43,216 bases of DNA from Chiloscyllium plagiosum (Eukaryota): contig NW_025214410.1 of the NCBI RefSeq assembly GCF_004010195.1, positions 1 through 43,216 of the forward strand. The letters run 5' to 3'. The notes beneath the pieces are model-generated. The model was not told the origin of the DNA. It ran no database searches and worked only from the letters and a program-made list of their open reading frames with translations. This document shows, one piece after another, positions 1 through 11,368 of this stretch. The position numbers and the translations under genes were made by a program. How positions within the stretch are numbered: position 1 is the stretch's first letter; the number at the start of each line of letters is the position of its first letter.

Positions 1-778
1 CTAAATTGGGAGAAAGTTCAGAAATCTGAAGTGAAAATGGATTTGGGAGTTCTCGTGTAGGGTTCTCTCAAGGTAAGCTTGCAGGTTGTGGCAACATCCA
101 GGGCCAAAGGGACTGTACTGCGCTGTATTTTTCTATGTTCTATGTTTCTGTATTTAGGAGTACAATAGCATTTATTATTGATGACATTTATTATGAGAGG
201 AATTGATTATAAAACTGGTTACATACGGCTCTGGTGAGACCATATTTGGAGTATTGTGCGTACTATTGAGTGCGTATCTCAGGAAGGATGCACTGGCCCT
301 GGAGTGTGTTCACAGGATCTTCACGAGAATGGTCGTAGGAATGAAAAGCTGATCGTATGAGGAATGTTTGAGGAGTCTGGATCTATACTCAATAAAGTTT
401 AGAAGAATGAAAAGAATTGTAACGGAAGCATGCAAATACTGAATAACATGGATAGAGTAGATATTGATAGATGTTTCCATTGGACGAGGACCCGAGAGCT
501 CAGCCTTAGATGAAAGGGAACACCCTTTAGAACAGTGATTAGGAGAAATGTCTTTAACCAGAGAATGGCCATTTTTTGAAATTTAATGCCACAGAAGGCA
601 GTGGGGCCAGGTTATTGATAATATTTGAGAAGGAGGTAGATATGTATTGATTATCCAGGGGATCAATGGTTACAAAGAGAAGGTCGGAGAATGGGTCAGA
701 GAAAAGTGTCAGCGATGATTGAATGGTAGTGCAGACTCGGTGGGCTAATTGGCTTCATGGCTGCTCCTTTGTCTTATG
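1..778 (+). mobile_element. CR1-clade LINE, decayed 3' part (ORF2 C-terminus and 3' UTR), with a short foreign LINE/SINE tail at ~88-150
   Basis: CTGGTGAGACCATATTTGGAGTATTGTGCG (LVRPYLEYCA, the CR1 LVRPHLEYCVQFW motif). Typical 3' UTR GAATGG..GCAGACTCG.TGGGC..A.TGGC..GCTCCT. Multiple stops and frameshifts. Confidence 0.85.
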
Positions 779-878
779 CTCCTTTTGCTCCGACTGACCA
801 TACTCCGTGAAATTTTCCCAGATCCTCAGTTGAGGATTTTTGCTGCTGGAAGTTACCTCAGAAACCCTGTCAACTAGA

Positions 879-1482
879 AATGTATTGAGCGAATCGCAAA
901 ACAGAAAGCATTTAACACGGAACACATACAAAATTGGCATACCTAATTTATTTTCAGACACAGCGAAGCATGAATGCTAAATGTGAGACAGTCCAGGGCA
1001 TGAGTCATAAAGTAATCTCACAACTAACAACAGGGCGATTCCAAACTACTCTTTCAAACATACTGCAGCCCAAGTGCACCACCACTTCCCAGACAATGCT
1101 GTGAAGAGAGAAAAAAAAGAACATAATAAGAATTGGCCATAAAAAGTGAATTTCACCAATCACAGTCTTGATTAGATTACCTTTCCCTTCCGATGTCTCC
1201 AGGATGGAAATGAAGGAAATGGGAGAAATTCAATAACATATGACATCGAAATTCATTGGAGCGATTTTCCCATTAGCCAGAAAACCAAATAACAACGAGT
1301 CGAGTCACCGCAGGACTTTTCACAACAGCGACAAAATAACAGTCTCCATTCGGTTCCAGTAAAAACTCAACTTCCCTGGAACATAACGCAACAGTCGAGT
1401 TGCTTGCGATTTTCCGCGCTGGAGGCGAACACGCTCATGACAGCACAGACGCTTCCCCACACCACAATTAATTGCCCGGGAA
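879..1482 (+). repeat. ~600 bp direct repeat, copy 1 (partner 3603-4225)
   Basis: Colinear, highly similar sequence from AATGTATTGAGCGAATCGCAAAACAGAAAG to CCCACACCACA.TTAA. Confidence 0.95.
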
Positions 1483-1575
1483 GCAGGCCCATTTTTCTTC
1501 TGTTTTAAACATCAATACAGCGGAGATCGAAACAGCATTTTAACAAGCTGCGTTGTTAGAGTTGATCAGCAGAAA

Positions 1576-1657
1576 TGGCAGCGGTGGGATTCGAACCCAC
1601 GGCCCTATCGAGACTGAAGACTTAATCCAGCGCCTTAGACTGCTCAGCCACGCTACC
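1576..1657 (-). tRNA. tRNA-Leu(AAG), near-intact variant or young pseudogene
   Basis: Reverse complement GGTAGCGTGGCTGAGCAGTCTAAGGCGCTGGATTAAGTCTTCAGTCTCGATAGGGCCGTGGGTTCGAATCCCACCGCTGCCA. Matches vertebrate Leu-AAG, with acceptor stem and B box intact. Changes at position 37, D arm and variable arm. Confidence 0.9.
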
Positions 1658-1982
1658 AACCGGCCAAACGAACGATTTTCTTGCATTTCCAATTGTGCTC
1701 CTGGATAACAACAGATGCAAAGTCACATGAAAAGGGTTCCATGATCCCTCTCCGACTCGCACAGCTGCTGGGATGTGCCCGTCTATAATATCAATTTCTC
1801 AGCAGATAATGATAGCCCATCAATCCAGACAAAAACCAATGGTAAGCTGAGTCTATCTTCTCAGACTCTTTTCAGCTCCAAATGTACCTGTGAGTGCGTG
1901 AGAACATATGATCGGTTATGATTTGGTCACATTACCATGAGTTGCTTGACATTACTGCAATTTCGATTCTTGCTTTGCTAAA

Positions 1983-2058
1983 TGATTTCACCGATTGCTC
2001 GAAACAGGACGACCTTCACGTTTACACGGAACACGAAAGACACCAGACTACCGAGAAA
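1983..2058 (-). pseudogene. Heavily decayed tRNA-Val-like remnant
   Basis: Reverse complement ...GTAGTCTGGTGTCTTTCGTGTTC...ACGTGAAGGTC..CCTGTTTCGA...GGTGAAATCA aligns colinearly with tRNA-Val GTAGTGTAGTGGTTATCACGTTC...ACGCGAAAGGTCCCCGGTTCGA...GGCGGAAACA. Confidence 0.45.
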
Positions 2059-3018
2059 ATGCACAAAGCTGAGCAGGCCGTGTTCCACATCAAACCGTGC
2101 AACATAGTTTCAGTCACTGTGTCTGTTTTTCAGAATAAGAGTCCCAAAGAATGTTCTCCACACTAAAACCGGAGGTAGCATTACAATCCAAGAACGACAG
2201 ATAACATTGTGAGGATGCTCTGACCTCGGAGCCAGTTCGAGATGCCCCTTTCCTTGCCTTTTTGCCTGAACCGTGCAATTTGCTCCAGAGATGTTCACAC
2301 CTGGACATGAGTCACATGGATACCAACTGAGTTGGAAACCGATGTGGGAATCGACGAGAAGCGACTCAATCAATTTTGCTAAATTCCATGGTGCTTTTTA
2401 GAAATGCAGTTTCTGTTCACCTTAATCTAAAAGGCAGTTTCTGAACATAGTGACAGAAGTCACAAGGTAATTACCTCACCCCACCCCCACTCCGGAAGAT
2501 GTGCTAAGTGCACTTGAGTGCTTTTTGTTCTCGATGTGAAGAGCTCTCACGCCTGAGTCACCTTCATGTCTCTGGTTGCTGGGTGAATCACAAAGAAGGA
2601 ATTTCACCAGAGCTGCAACTGCCTCACTTCCCCACTCGCCCTCCCCGTGTACATTTTCCTGCTTGTCAGTGATTTAAAGAAAACCAAATGGATGCGATGT
2701 CATTCTGTAGCCTCTCTGTCAATTCCTCCGTTTCAGTTCCGACGTGGCTTAAATCACGTGGCGCACCTTAATACTAGCGACGCTATGAATGCACAGGTCC
2801 AGAGGTTCCTCTGAGAGTGCAATTTCTTTCATTGCTGTTGCTGATTGAATGAGCCACTAACGTGCGAACTGCTCCAAAACATGAGTCAGGACCTCTGGTG
2901 CCAACTCTCGCACGTTGAATAACGACAGACAGCTTCCAAATGAGGTCTTCGACTTTGGGATACATTTGACAGACAGACAAGTTCAGAAATCCGTGATGCG
3001 CTGTGACACCAGCGCATC

Positions 3019-3090
3019 AGCTTCTTCCCTGTCTTTGAACCAGGGCGCCTGCGCAAGGAATGCAAATGCGGTACTGCGTATCGTGGAAGG
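3019..3090 (-). pseudogene. Possible very old tRNA (Val-like) remnant
   Basis: tRNA-length segment whose reverse complement ends CCCTGGTTCAAAGACAGGGAAGAAGC (T-arm/B-box-like). Same strand as the neighbouring Val copy. Confidence 0.3.
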
Positions 3091-3317
3091 ATCAGAACGC
3101 GGTAACTACACTCTCAAACAGAATGGCATATGATCAGAACCAGGTTGGAGAAAAACTACAATGCTTTGCACAGTAATTAAATAGAATTGCATTAGATTAC
3201 ATTTCACGACGAGGGCAGATTTGTTCAAGCAAATTCGAAGGCAGGTTTGCAGATGGGAAAGCAAGCAAGAAAGTTCAGTTCTTGTCCATGTGAATGGCAG
3301 CAGTTGAAAAACAAGGC

Positions 3318-3390
3318 AGTTTCCGCTCAGTTTCGAACGAGGGACCTTTCGAGAGTTAGGCGAACGTGATGACCACAACACTAAAGAAAC
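3318..3390 (-). pseudogene. tRNA-Val(AAC) pseudogene
   Basis: Reverse complement GTTTCTTTAGTGTTGTGGTCATCACGTTCGCCTAACTCTCGAAAGGTCCCTCGTTCGAAACTGAGCGGAAAC. AAC anticodon retained, stems mismatched. Confidence 0.88.
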
Positions 3391-3602
3391 AAGCCGCCAG
3401 CACCTGTCCTGTCGTTCCGTGGCATCCACCACCTTTCTGTTTCCAATAGCTCGCTGTTGTCCAGCGTAATTTACATCTTGAAAACGTAAATAAAAAGACA
3501 CCTGAAATTGATGACATAATATAGACAAGGATGTATTCAATGTTTGGACCGTACGGTGAGGTGGAATAGGGTGGGTCGATTTGCAAATTACTGTTAGTAC
3601 GT

Positions 3603-4225
3603 AATGTATTGAGCGAATCGCAAAACAGAAAGTATTTGACACGGAACACAAACAAAACTGGCAAACCAAATGCATTTTCAGACACAGCGAAGCATGAATG
3701 CTAAATGTGAGACAGTCCGAGGGCATGAGTCATAAAGTAATGTCACAACTAACAACAGGGCGATTCCAAACTACTCTTTCAAACATACAGGAGCCTTAGT
3801 GCACCACCACTTTCCAGACAATGCTGAAAAGAGAGAAAGTAAGAACCTAATAAGAATGGGCCATAAAAAGTGAATTTCACTATTCACAGTCTCGATTAGA
3901 TTACCTTTCCCTTCCGATTTCTCCAGGATGGAAATGGAGGAAATGGGAGAAATTCAATAACATATGAAACCGAAATTCATTGGAACGATTTTCCCATTCG
4001 CAAGAAAACCAAATAATGACGAGTCGAGTCACCGCAGGACTTTGTTTCACAACAGCGATGAATAACAGTCTCCATTCGGTTCCAGTAAAAGCACAACTTG
4101 CCTGGAACATAAAGCAGCAGTAGAGCTGCTTGCGATTTTCCATGCGGGAGGCGAGCACTACCATGACAGCACAGACACTTTGAGACAATCTGTACTCTCC
4201 CACACCACAGTTAACTCTCCAGGAA
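3603..4225 (+). repeat. ~600 bp direct repeat, copy 2 (partner 879-1482)
   Basis: As for copy 1. The ORF track also shows paralogous peptides MSENKLGMPILYVFRVK / MSENAFGLPVLFVFRVK. Confidence 0.95.
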
Positions 4226-4240
4226 TCGTACCCAATTTGT

Positions 4241-4470
4241 TAAAACCTCAACTTGCCAGGAACGTAAAGCAGCTTGAGCCCGCGATTTACCGTGTGCGAG
4301 GCGAAGACGATTATGACAAGATGGACACTGACCCCGTCTCCATAAAGCAAACTGCCAGTCCTGCTTTTTATTTCAACACGGCGCAGCCACAGAAATTGCA
4401 GTGGGGGACTCGAGCCTAAGCTTCTTTTGTAATTGATTTCTGAAGCAGGCGTCTCCGGCTCCAAGGCTCC
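4241..4470 (-). pseudogene. Older paralog of ~1360-1657, including a decayed tRNA-Leu 3' end at ~4396-4420
   Basis: 4241-4330 resembles 1360-1450. CAGAAATTGCAGTGGGGGACTCGAGCCTAAG resembles CAGAAATGGCAGCGGTGGGATTCGAACCCACG at 1570. Confidence 0.5.
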
Positions 4471-4699
4471 CCTTCATAGGGCTGATTCGGTTCGAATAGT
4501 GAAATTTCCTGTGCCTGATCCGCAGGACACTCTGCAGGATTTTCAGACAGCGCAATCCTCGCTGTGACATGTACATGCTGGATAACATTCTGTTGTGTCA
4601 TGTGTCCCGGCTTTGCCAATATCACCGATGTTTATCTCCCTACATCCTGTTGGTCGAACTGTGATTCCAGTCAGAATCGCAAATGTGAAACAAAACACC

Positions 4700-5220
4700 T
4701 TAGCTGTGCTGGCTCTCTACAGAGATAAATGTGCTTCTCTTTTCGTATCATTCTCTTGCCTTCTCCCTGTAACTCTACATATTTTTACATTCAACATGAA
4801 CATTGAATTAATTTTTCAACAACTCGATTGAAACTGCGTCTTTGTCAATGTCAGACCCTAACCACTCCCTCTGTGAAAACATTTCTCCTCATGTACATTT
4901 TTCTTCTTTTACTAATGTCTTAATACTCTGCCGAATCGTTCTCGATCCTTTCAGACGTAGGGAGCATTCCCCCTTCCTTATTCCCTCTGTCTAACCCACT
5001 CATGTCTTGGAAAGGTTTAATACGGCCAGCTTTTGGCCTTCTGCTCTCCAAGGAGACCTGTCCCAACTTTCCAAATGACCTTTATTGGTGACATTCCTCA
5101 TATACCACACCATTCTCATCAACCTGTTCAGCGCTGTTTTCAATCATTTCACGTCCCCACTTCCTAACGTTTCACTCCCAGAACTGTGCGAATATCCAGA
5201 TGGTGGATTAACTTAGATTG
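4700..5220 (-). mobile_element. Old CR1 LINE 3' remnant
   Basis: ACCACTCCCTCTGTGAAAACATTTCTCCTCA and CCTTCTGCTCTCCAAGGAGA are the antisense of the CR1 C-terminal FFTQRVV and LFSLERRRL motifs. Confidence 0.65.
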
Positions 5221-6733
5221 GGACTCTGTGGGTGAACAGCCGCTTACACTTGTCTGACTTCCACTACATGTGGTACTGTGCCATGCCCACTACAATGACA
5301 CTTCTAACCCCAAAACTCAAAGGGATTTCAAAGGGTGCAACTTAATGATTTGCATCTTTTTTTTATCAAACAGTTGATAGAACGACCCAGCAAAAGTGAA
5401 ATCAAACAACGAAGGGTCGATGGCGACTTGAAGTAAGACATTCTCACATGCCAGTATTAACACAAGCTGCTAAGCGAAGATCATTCCCTAGACACTCTTA
5501 CATTGCCAACACCAAACCAGCTGAGATTCGGTCAGGTCCAACTACATCCCAATTTGTTCTCAGATTTCTAAGCATCAAAGTATTTTAAGAATATCGCCTT
5601 GTCATTTTGTCTCCTTGTTCACAGAACAGTACTGTTTATCCCGTCTGCTTGGACTAAGTTGTCTCCATCGGCAGAGTATTCAGCTATTTCCCTCCACCAG
5701 CAAGCAGTGTGAGGAGAGGCAAGTGTGGTTACACTTTAAAGCTCGCTCTCATCGGCACGGCGAGTTCCATCAAGTGTTGGGAATCAGCAAGTTTGATTGG
5801 GAGCTTCCTGCAAATATCATTTATCTGAGTCAACGATAAAGATGTTGAGCTGGTGGGTAAGAACAAATGTACTCCGGACTCTCTAACCTCAGGTAAAGTC
5901 ATATGAGGACATTTTTGTGAAGCCTGTTTGCTGTTCAAAATCCATCTTCACACAGCAATCCTGCAGAAAGGCTTTTGTAACAGTAACATCGACTTCTTTG
6001 CTGCAATCGGGCAGCAGTTAACATCTGAGCCCCAACTTTCCCAGGTAAAGACAATCCGAGTGAAAGTCTCACTCACTGAGAACCATCCCCACGTCCCTGA
6101 CCTGCGGGTTTCAGACAGTTTAACGCAGAAGACAGGGTAAACAATGAGACTTTATTTCACCATCAGCCACTCTGTCCCAGAGACAGGAAGAGGGACAGCA
6201 TCAATGCGTGGCGTCACTCACGCGCCTTTCGAAGCTGTTCAGCCCATCGTGTCCATAGTGACTCTCTGCCGCTTGTGTATCCCTGTGGTTATTCATAGTT
6301 GGTGATGTATGTCCGAATAATGTGGAGCTGTCCCTGTATCGCAATTCTGTCTCCAACAAATTGATCCAATTGCAAGTCACAGCTTTTCATTTCACAGGGA
6401 GAACACTGCTGTGTGAAATGGCGTGGGGAATAGTTGCAGGACGTCATGCGCATAGAGCACTCTACAACTGATTTATTCCCAGCTCTGGCAAGAGATTTTG
6501 CGAATCAGATCAGACCACACGGACAGAGAACAGGGAAAGAGCTTCCAGAACTTCACAAGTGTGTTTCCTCATTTCTGTAAATTTCCCGTGTGTATCAGTA
6601 TGAAATATTCATTTCAGATACATTGAATGAAAGGAAACGGAAAGTGAAACAACATGCAATGCGTAGAATGGAGATCTATTATAGAGAAACACTGGAGGGG
6701 GCAGTACACACACTGAAACATGGAATTGTCAAC

Positions 6734-6804
6734 GAGTAGAGGATGTTTTCAATCATTAATTTCATGGTTATGAGTCCAATACGCTCCCGCTGGGCCGCTC
6801 TGTT
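6734..6804 (-). pseudogene. Initiator tRNA-Met(CAT) pseudogene
   Basis: Reverse complement AACAGAGCGGCCCAGCGGGAGCGTATTGGACTCATAACCATGAAATTAATGATTGAAAACATCCTCTACTC vs iMet AGCAGAGTGGCGCAGCGGAAGCGTGCTGGGCCCATAACCCAGAGG...CATCCTCTGCTA. Confidence 0.8.
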
Positions 6805-7069
6805 AGCGCTGACCATAGCAGTTTCATGCAGTCTTCAGCTTTTCGTCTGGCGTGTGGCTTGTACCTCAGAAGATGATTTCAAAAGGTCTTCACTATTATT
6901 GTGTGACACACTGTGGCGCAGATGTATTTTGGTTGTGTCAATATAACCTGTGACTAACTTGCCACATTCTGTTGGTTTAACTGTGATTTCACTCAGAATC
7001 ACAAAATATGTCACAGTGTAAAGTGAGGCCATGCAGCCCCCAAACAATTAGGAAATGTCTATGGTGGTC

Positions 7070-7100
7070 GATTGATTGACTTTATTTGATTGATTGATTG
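7070..7100. repeat. Imperfect (GATT)n microsatellite, probably the tail of an antisense retroposon remnant running to ~7370
   Basis: GATTGATTGACTTTATTTGATTGATTGATTG followed by TCACATG...TACAGTGAAAACTTTTGTTTGCG. Confidence 0.6.
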
Positions 7101-8338
7101 TCACATGAACCTCAGTACAGTGAAAACTTTTGTTTGCGATTGGTAAAGGCAGATCATACTAATCAAGGACATGTAGATCACAGCATAAGTAAAACAGAAT
7201 TTTGGCCAGATTAAGGCTTTCAGGTTACTCCGCACAGGACGTGCACTCGGCAAAATCCACAGTAACAGGATCAACATCATTAGGGAATCCATTTCTCAGT
7301 CTTGTAACGACTTCCAAGAAGTTGCTGTTGCGTGTCTTTAAGCTTTGGTACCTTGTTCTGAACTCGATCTCATCAAAATTATACATTCTGAGTCAAAAAT
7401 AGAACCAAATGCAAAACTCCAGTGCTCAAGTGTGACTTCTCACACGTACATCACCCATCCGAGGCGATATCACACCCAAAACCAACAAGCCAGAACCGCA
7501 ACAAAAGCATGATCCATAAATCAGGTGAATTTCCTTGTTTAAAAAATAGGGTTTTTCTGTTGTTTCGGAGGGAAAGCCGCACTGAGTTTTAATAGCAGCT
7601 ACCTGCCATTCTGACTTCCGGTTCCCCGGAGGCTGTGCTCGCCACGTCCTTTGCGAGCGGACTCCCATCATTGGCAGCTGGACGAACTCAGCTTCAATTG
7701 GCAATTAGTGTTATGGGAGAGAAACATGAACGCGCTTTTCAGCACACTATCAAACACGGGGTTGTGGAGCGCGGGAGGGTGTTAGAGGTAGTGGGGGTTT
7801 TGGAAATTCTGGAAAGCTGTACAAAAGAGAGATCACGCATCCACAGGACTTAATATTCTTACCTTGTGTAAATAATGCCATCTGAGACAGATGGAAGTGC
7901 GAAGAACTGCAGGGAAAGAGAGAATCTCTCCCAGTCATCTGTGTCTGTGTCCTTCTCGAAGTCACAGCGAGGGCTCTGCTGTCTGAATCAGCATGGGATG
8001 TTACTGCAGCGAGTCCATTCGCTCAGGCACGTTTCATCTGATGTGTATAAGCTTTATCACATTACCCCAAGCTCAGAGAGTAGATTTCACAGCTCACATC
8101 ATCCCAGAGTGACAGCGAACAGAAGAAAGCGATTCAGACCGTCATCTGAACACCTCCTGGGGAGAAAACGGATATAGGAGAGCAAACAGTCACGACCAGT
8201 GCATGCTCCCAGCATTTACAATCTTGGTCTGTGTGACAACAAAAGCAGGAAACTGGAACTGTTTATCTTACTTCTTAAAACAGGCGTGAAAATTTGCAGA
8301 GCATAAATACGTATACCTGCTGTGAGTGAAATGATGAA

Positions 8339-8415
8339 CAGCAGAGTACAGTGCACAGAGTATGGTCTGACCTCTGGGTTATGGGCTCAGCACGCTCCAA
8401 CTGTGACCCTCTGCT
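8339..8415 (-). pseudogene. Initiator tRNA-Met(CAT) pseudogene with T-arm deletion
   Basis: GACCTCTGGGTTATGGGCTCAGCACGCTCCAACTGTGACCCTCTGCT is the antisense of the iMet 5' two-thirds. B box missing. Confidence 0.85.
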
Positions 8416-8779
8416 CACCGGGTTTGAGCACAAACAAAGGAATGACTCAGTGACAAATTCTGTTGAAACGGATTCTGTGAGGAATTGAAAGCGATGGAAT
8501 GAAAAGCCCCTTGAGAGCGGGATGTAACATTAACTGTGAAGGGGTATTTTTTCAGACTGGAGGAGAGTGCGCAGTGCTGTTTCCATGGGTCAATATCAGG
8601 GTAGATAGATTGAATCAGCGTCGAATTTTATTGTAGGGAGCCATGTCGCTTAGACATACTGCATCTTTTCTTCAACGGTACAAAAGCACGGACCTTTTGT
8701 GCAGACGGGACAACTTGAAAATCGGTAATGAGGCAAACTGCACGAATGAGCGAAATAACAAAGCAACCACAGGAACTGG

Positions 8780-9507
8780 TGTTACATGACGGGGTAAAGC
8801 CGATCTGCTAATGTAAAACAGCAAAACAGGAAGGATTCACCCCGTGCTGTATTCTGTTAAAATTCAAGAGGCAAAGAAATATCCCCAAAATCACTATTTA
8901 AAGTTAAAAATAAGAACTTTATTTTTTTTAACATTTGACAGAGAAAATCAACTTACAACTACTTACAACTCCTTTCTCTGAACCGACCTTTAACCTTTTG
9001 CTCTACAATACCTTCCCCATCCACGACCCCATTAACATTTACAAAAAGTTTCAAATTTAAATACCAACCAGTTGTCGAATCTTCTCTTTGTATCTTCCTC
9101 TGCAGATTTTTTCTCCAGGTCGGTGTTGATGATTTTTTTCTATGTAATCTATTTCTCCAGATAAGCACCTCTTGGAGATTTTACTAACATCCTACATCTG
9201 TTGGTCTTTTAGCTGCTCTCTTTGCTGTTCTTTGCCGCTCTGGGTAACTGTTCCAAATAACCGATATTTGTCCCACTAAACGTCGGATCGTTTAATTGGT
9301 TTTAACATTGTAAATATACCACATTCTAACTTGATTGGGGCATAATTTAAACTGATTGGCCGAATTCGAATTTGTTTTTTGTATCCATGTAACACAGCTC
9401 TTAGTTGTTTCGACCAAATGTTATGTTGTTACCTTGTTCTGGACTCCTTGTGCTAGCCAGGCATTTCAGCGCCATTAAAAGTACATTACATCCAAAACTT
9501 CATAACA
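8780..9507 (-). mobile_element. Solo LTR (Gypsy-like), 728 bp
   Basis: Termini TGTTA...TAACA. Perfect 4-bp target-site duplication (TSD) CTGG at 8776-8779 and 9508-9511. AATAAA on the minus strand at 8918-8923. Confidence 0.85.
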
Positions 9508-9949
9508 CTGGCATTTGCCAAACAGTCGATTTCGCTCAACATCGCTCTCTGTCAATATCATGTGCCGAGATTTGAACCATCTCTGGTCTATGTTAAACAA
9601 AACTGCCAAATTCACATAACCTCAGATTTAACACGCCCCCTTATGTATGCCGATTCCTCACTGTGTTACTTCAGCAGACGTTGAGAAGAAATAAAATTGA
9701 GAACAACAGTCACCTGCGTGACTGCAAGTTGACCCAATGTTGCTGCAGCCAACCGATTCGGCTGTAAGTGAAATAGTCCACACCTTTCCTGTAACAATAA
9801 TGTGATAAGTTTTCATGAGCTGAATTAGACCCAACATCATTTCTCAGGACGAAATTTACTGGGATATAGACATGCTAAAATACACTGGGGTTGGGGTGGG
9901 GGGCACGGAAGGTGGAATATGGTTCGGAAGGATATGGTCAGAGTTCCCT

Positions 9950-10420
9950 TGATACAAAATCGTTAGAGAAGACGGAAATGAGATTTACTGGGAGATAAAG
10001 CCACGAGAAAAGAAAAAGAAGCGATTTAATGGGATGGTGGAATATATGTAGAATCACACGACACAAATCAGGAATGACTGAGTTGTATCCTAATGCATGT
10101 TTTCTAGCTGATGTGAGGTTGGTATGGTAAATAGGAGGGAAATCCCCTCGTTCATGTGAGTGTATAACTAGAGGTTGGATCTTCAAATCCAGCGAGGAAT
10201 GACAAAGAAGTTTACATCAGGTACTTTTCATTCTGAGAGTTATTGAAATCGGAGATGGATTTTCAGAATGAAAAAAAAACATCTTAGAAGACGATTCCAG
10301 CATATTTGAAAGGCCACGTGCAGACACACAAGGAGCGAATTTAACAGGGACAGGGATTCTGGGCTGCCTGGATGTGTCACACTCAATAATTGTTTAACAT
10401 CCATCGGAAATAAATTGCAT
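9950..10420 (+). mobile_element. Very old CR1-like 3' remnant
   Basis: Decayed ATAACTAGAGG...TTCAAA and CATATTTGAAAGGCCAC...CAGGG motifs of CR1 ends. Confidence 0.4.
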
Positions 10421-10551
10421 AACACCGGCAACTGAACATGTTAAGTGTAAGAAGAGCTGGTGGTGTTGAAAGGTGCAGCAGTTGGTTCGACGTGGACTAC
10501 TACAAATTGTTAATGTACTGAGCTGTTTGTTTTGGCTTTGCATTAAATGGA

Positions 10552-10695
10552 GGCCGGTTCGCTCAGTCCACTGGGTAACTGGTTTATGGTATAGAGTGAG
10601 ACTAACAACGTGGGATTAATTGTCGCACTGTCTCAGGTTGCCATAAGGATCATCATCTCCACCGCTCAAGGGATCTGGAATACAATGGTGACTCT
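10552..10695 (+). mobile_element. Decayed tRNA(Ile-AAT)-derived SINE
   Basis: GGCCGGTTCGCTCAGT head, CAACGTGGGATTAATTGTCGCACTGTCTCAGGTT B-box region, tail TCTGGAATACAATGGTGACT. Confidence 0.5.
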
Positions 10696-11283
10696 AGTGA
10701 GTAGGAATGGACCTGTCGATGTCAAGCATCATTATCATTGCCATCTGTTGCCTTGAACATTTGTTCACAATAACCAGGAACGGGACTGAGTCCATTTAAT
10801 ACTCACTGATCTCCTCCCGAAAAATCAAGCGACAAGATTCGTCCTTATTCCTGTTTGAACCCTCTGTCCTGCACAGAGCAAAACTATTTGTCATGACTTT
10901 ACCAGATTCACTGACAACATTCACTCTACTCAAAGATATTAATCTAATTCCTTTCGAACGGTATAATGAGCTGTGTGAGTTTGCAGCAAACAGAATAATA
11001 TGAAACGTGTTTAACAGCCTTTCCAAGAATGTAATCAAGAGTGTCAGAGATTTGAAAAAGGTCATCAAGCTAAAATATCACCTGGTTCTCGCTCCACAGA
11101 TGGATAATCATCCGGGGAGTATGTGCAGTTTTACGGTTAATAATTGATACCTTTCCCAAACACAGAACAATCCCACAAATCGGAAGTTGGAGTTTTAGAA
11201 TCGATGTTGCTTTATTCGAAATTCTTCTTCAACTACGCTTCAGTCCAGTTCTCCAATAATTCCTGATTAACGTCAGTAACAGC

Positions 11284-11368
11284 AGCTTTAGACATGTATT
11301 GAAATTACAACTGAGGCACGTTTACACGCTGTTAAGTACCAAGCGCTGATCAGTTGCTCCACTGGAGC
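11284..11368 (-). pseudogene. tRNA-Ile(TAT) pseudogene with short intron
   Basis: Reverse complement GCTCCAGTGGAGCAACTGATCAGCGCTTGGTACTTAAC-agcgtgtaaac-GTGCCTCAGTTGTAATTTCAATAC. Mirror copy at 43098. Confidence 0.75.

Noticed and set aside
3106..3726. 206-aa ORF, the longest in the track
   Set aside because: Runs through a tRNA-Val pseudogene and across a repeat boundary. No domain or coding-like composition.
5380..5470. Possible tRNA-Sec/Arg-like remnant on the minus strand (CTTCAA...TTTCACTTTTGCTGGGTCG)
   Set aside because: Only two short motifs match and no stems form.
7875..8177. ORF ending KRFRPSSEHLLGRK, faintly ZNF-like
   Set aside because: No CxxC...HxxxH spacing or TGEKP linker in frame.
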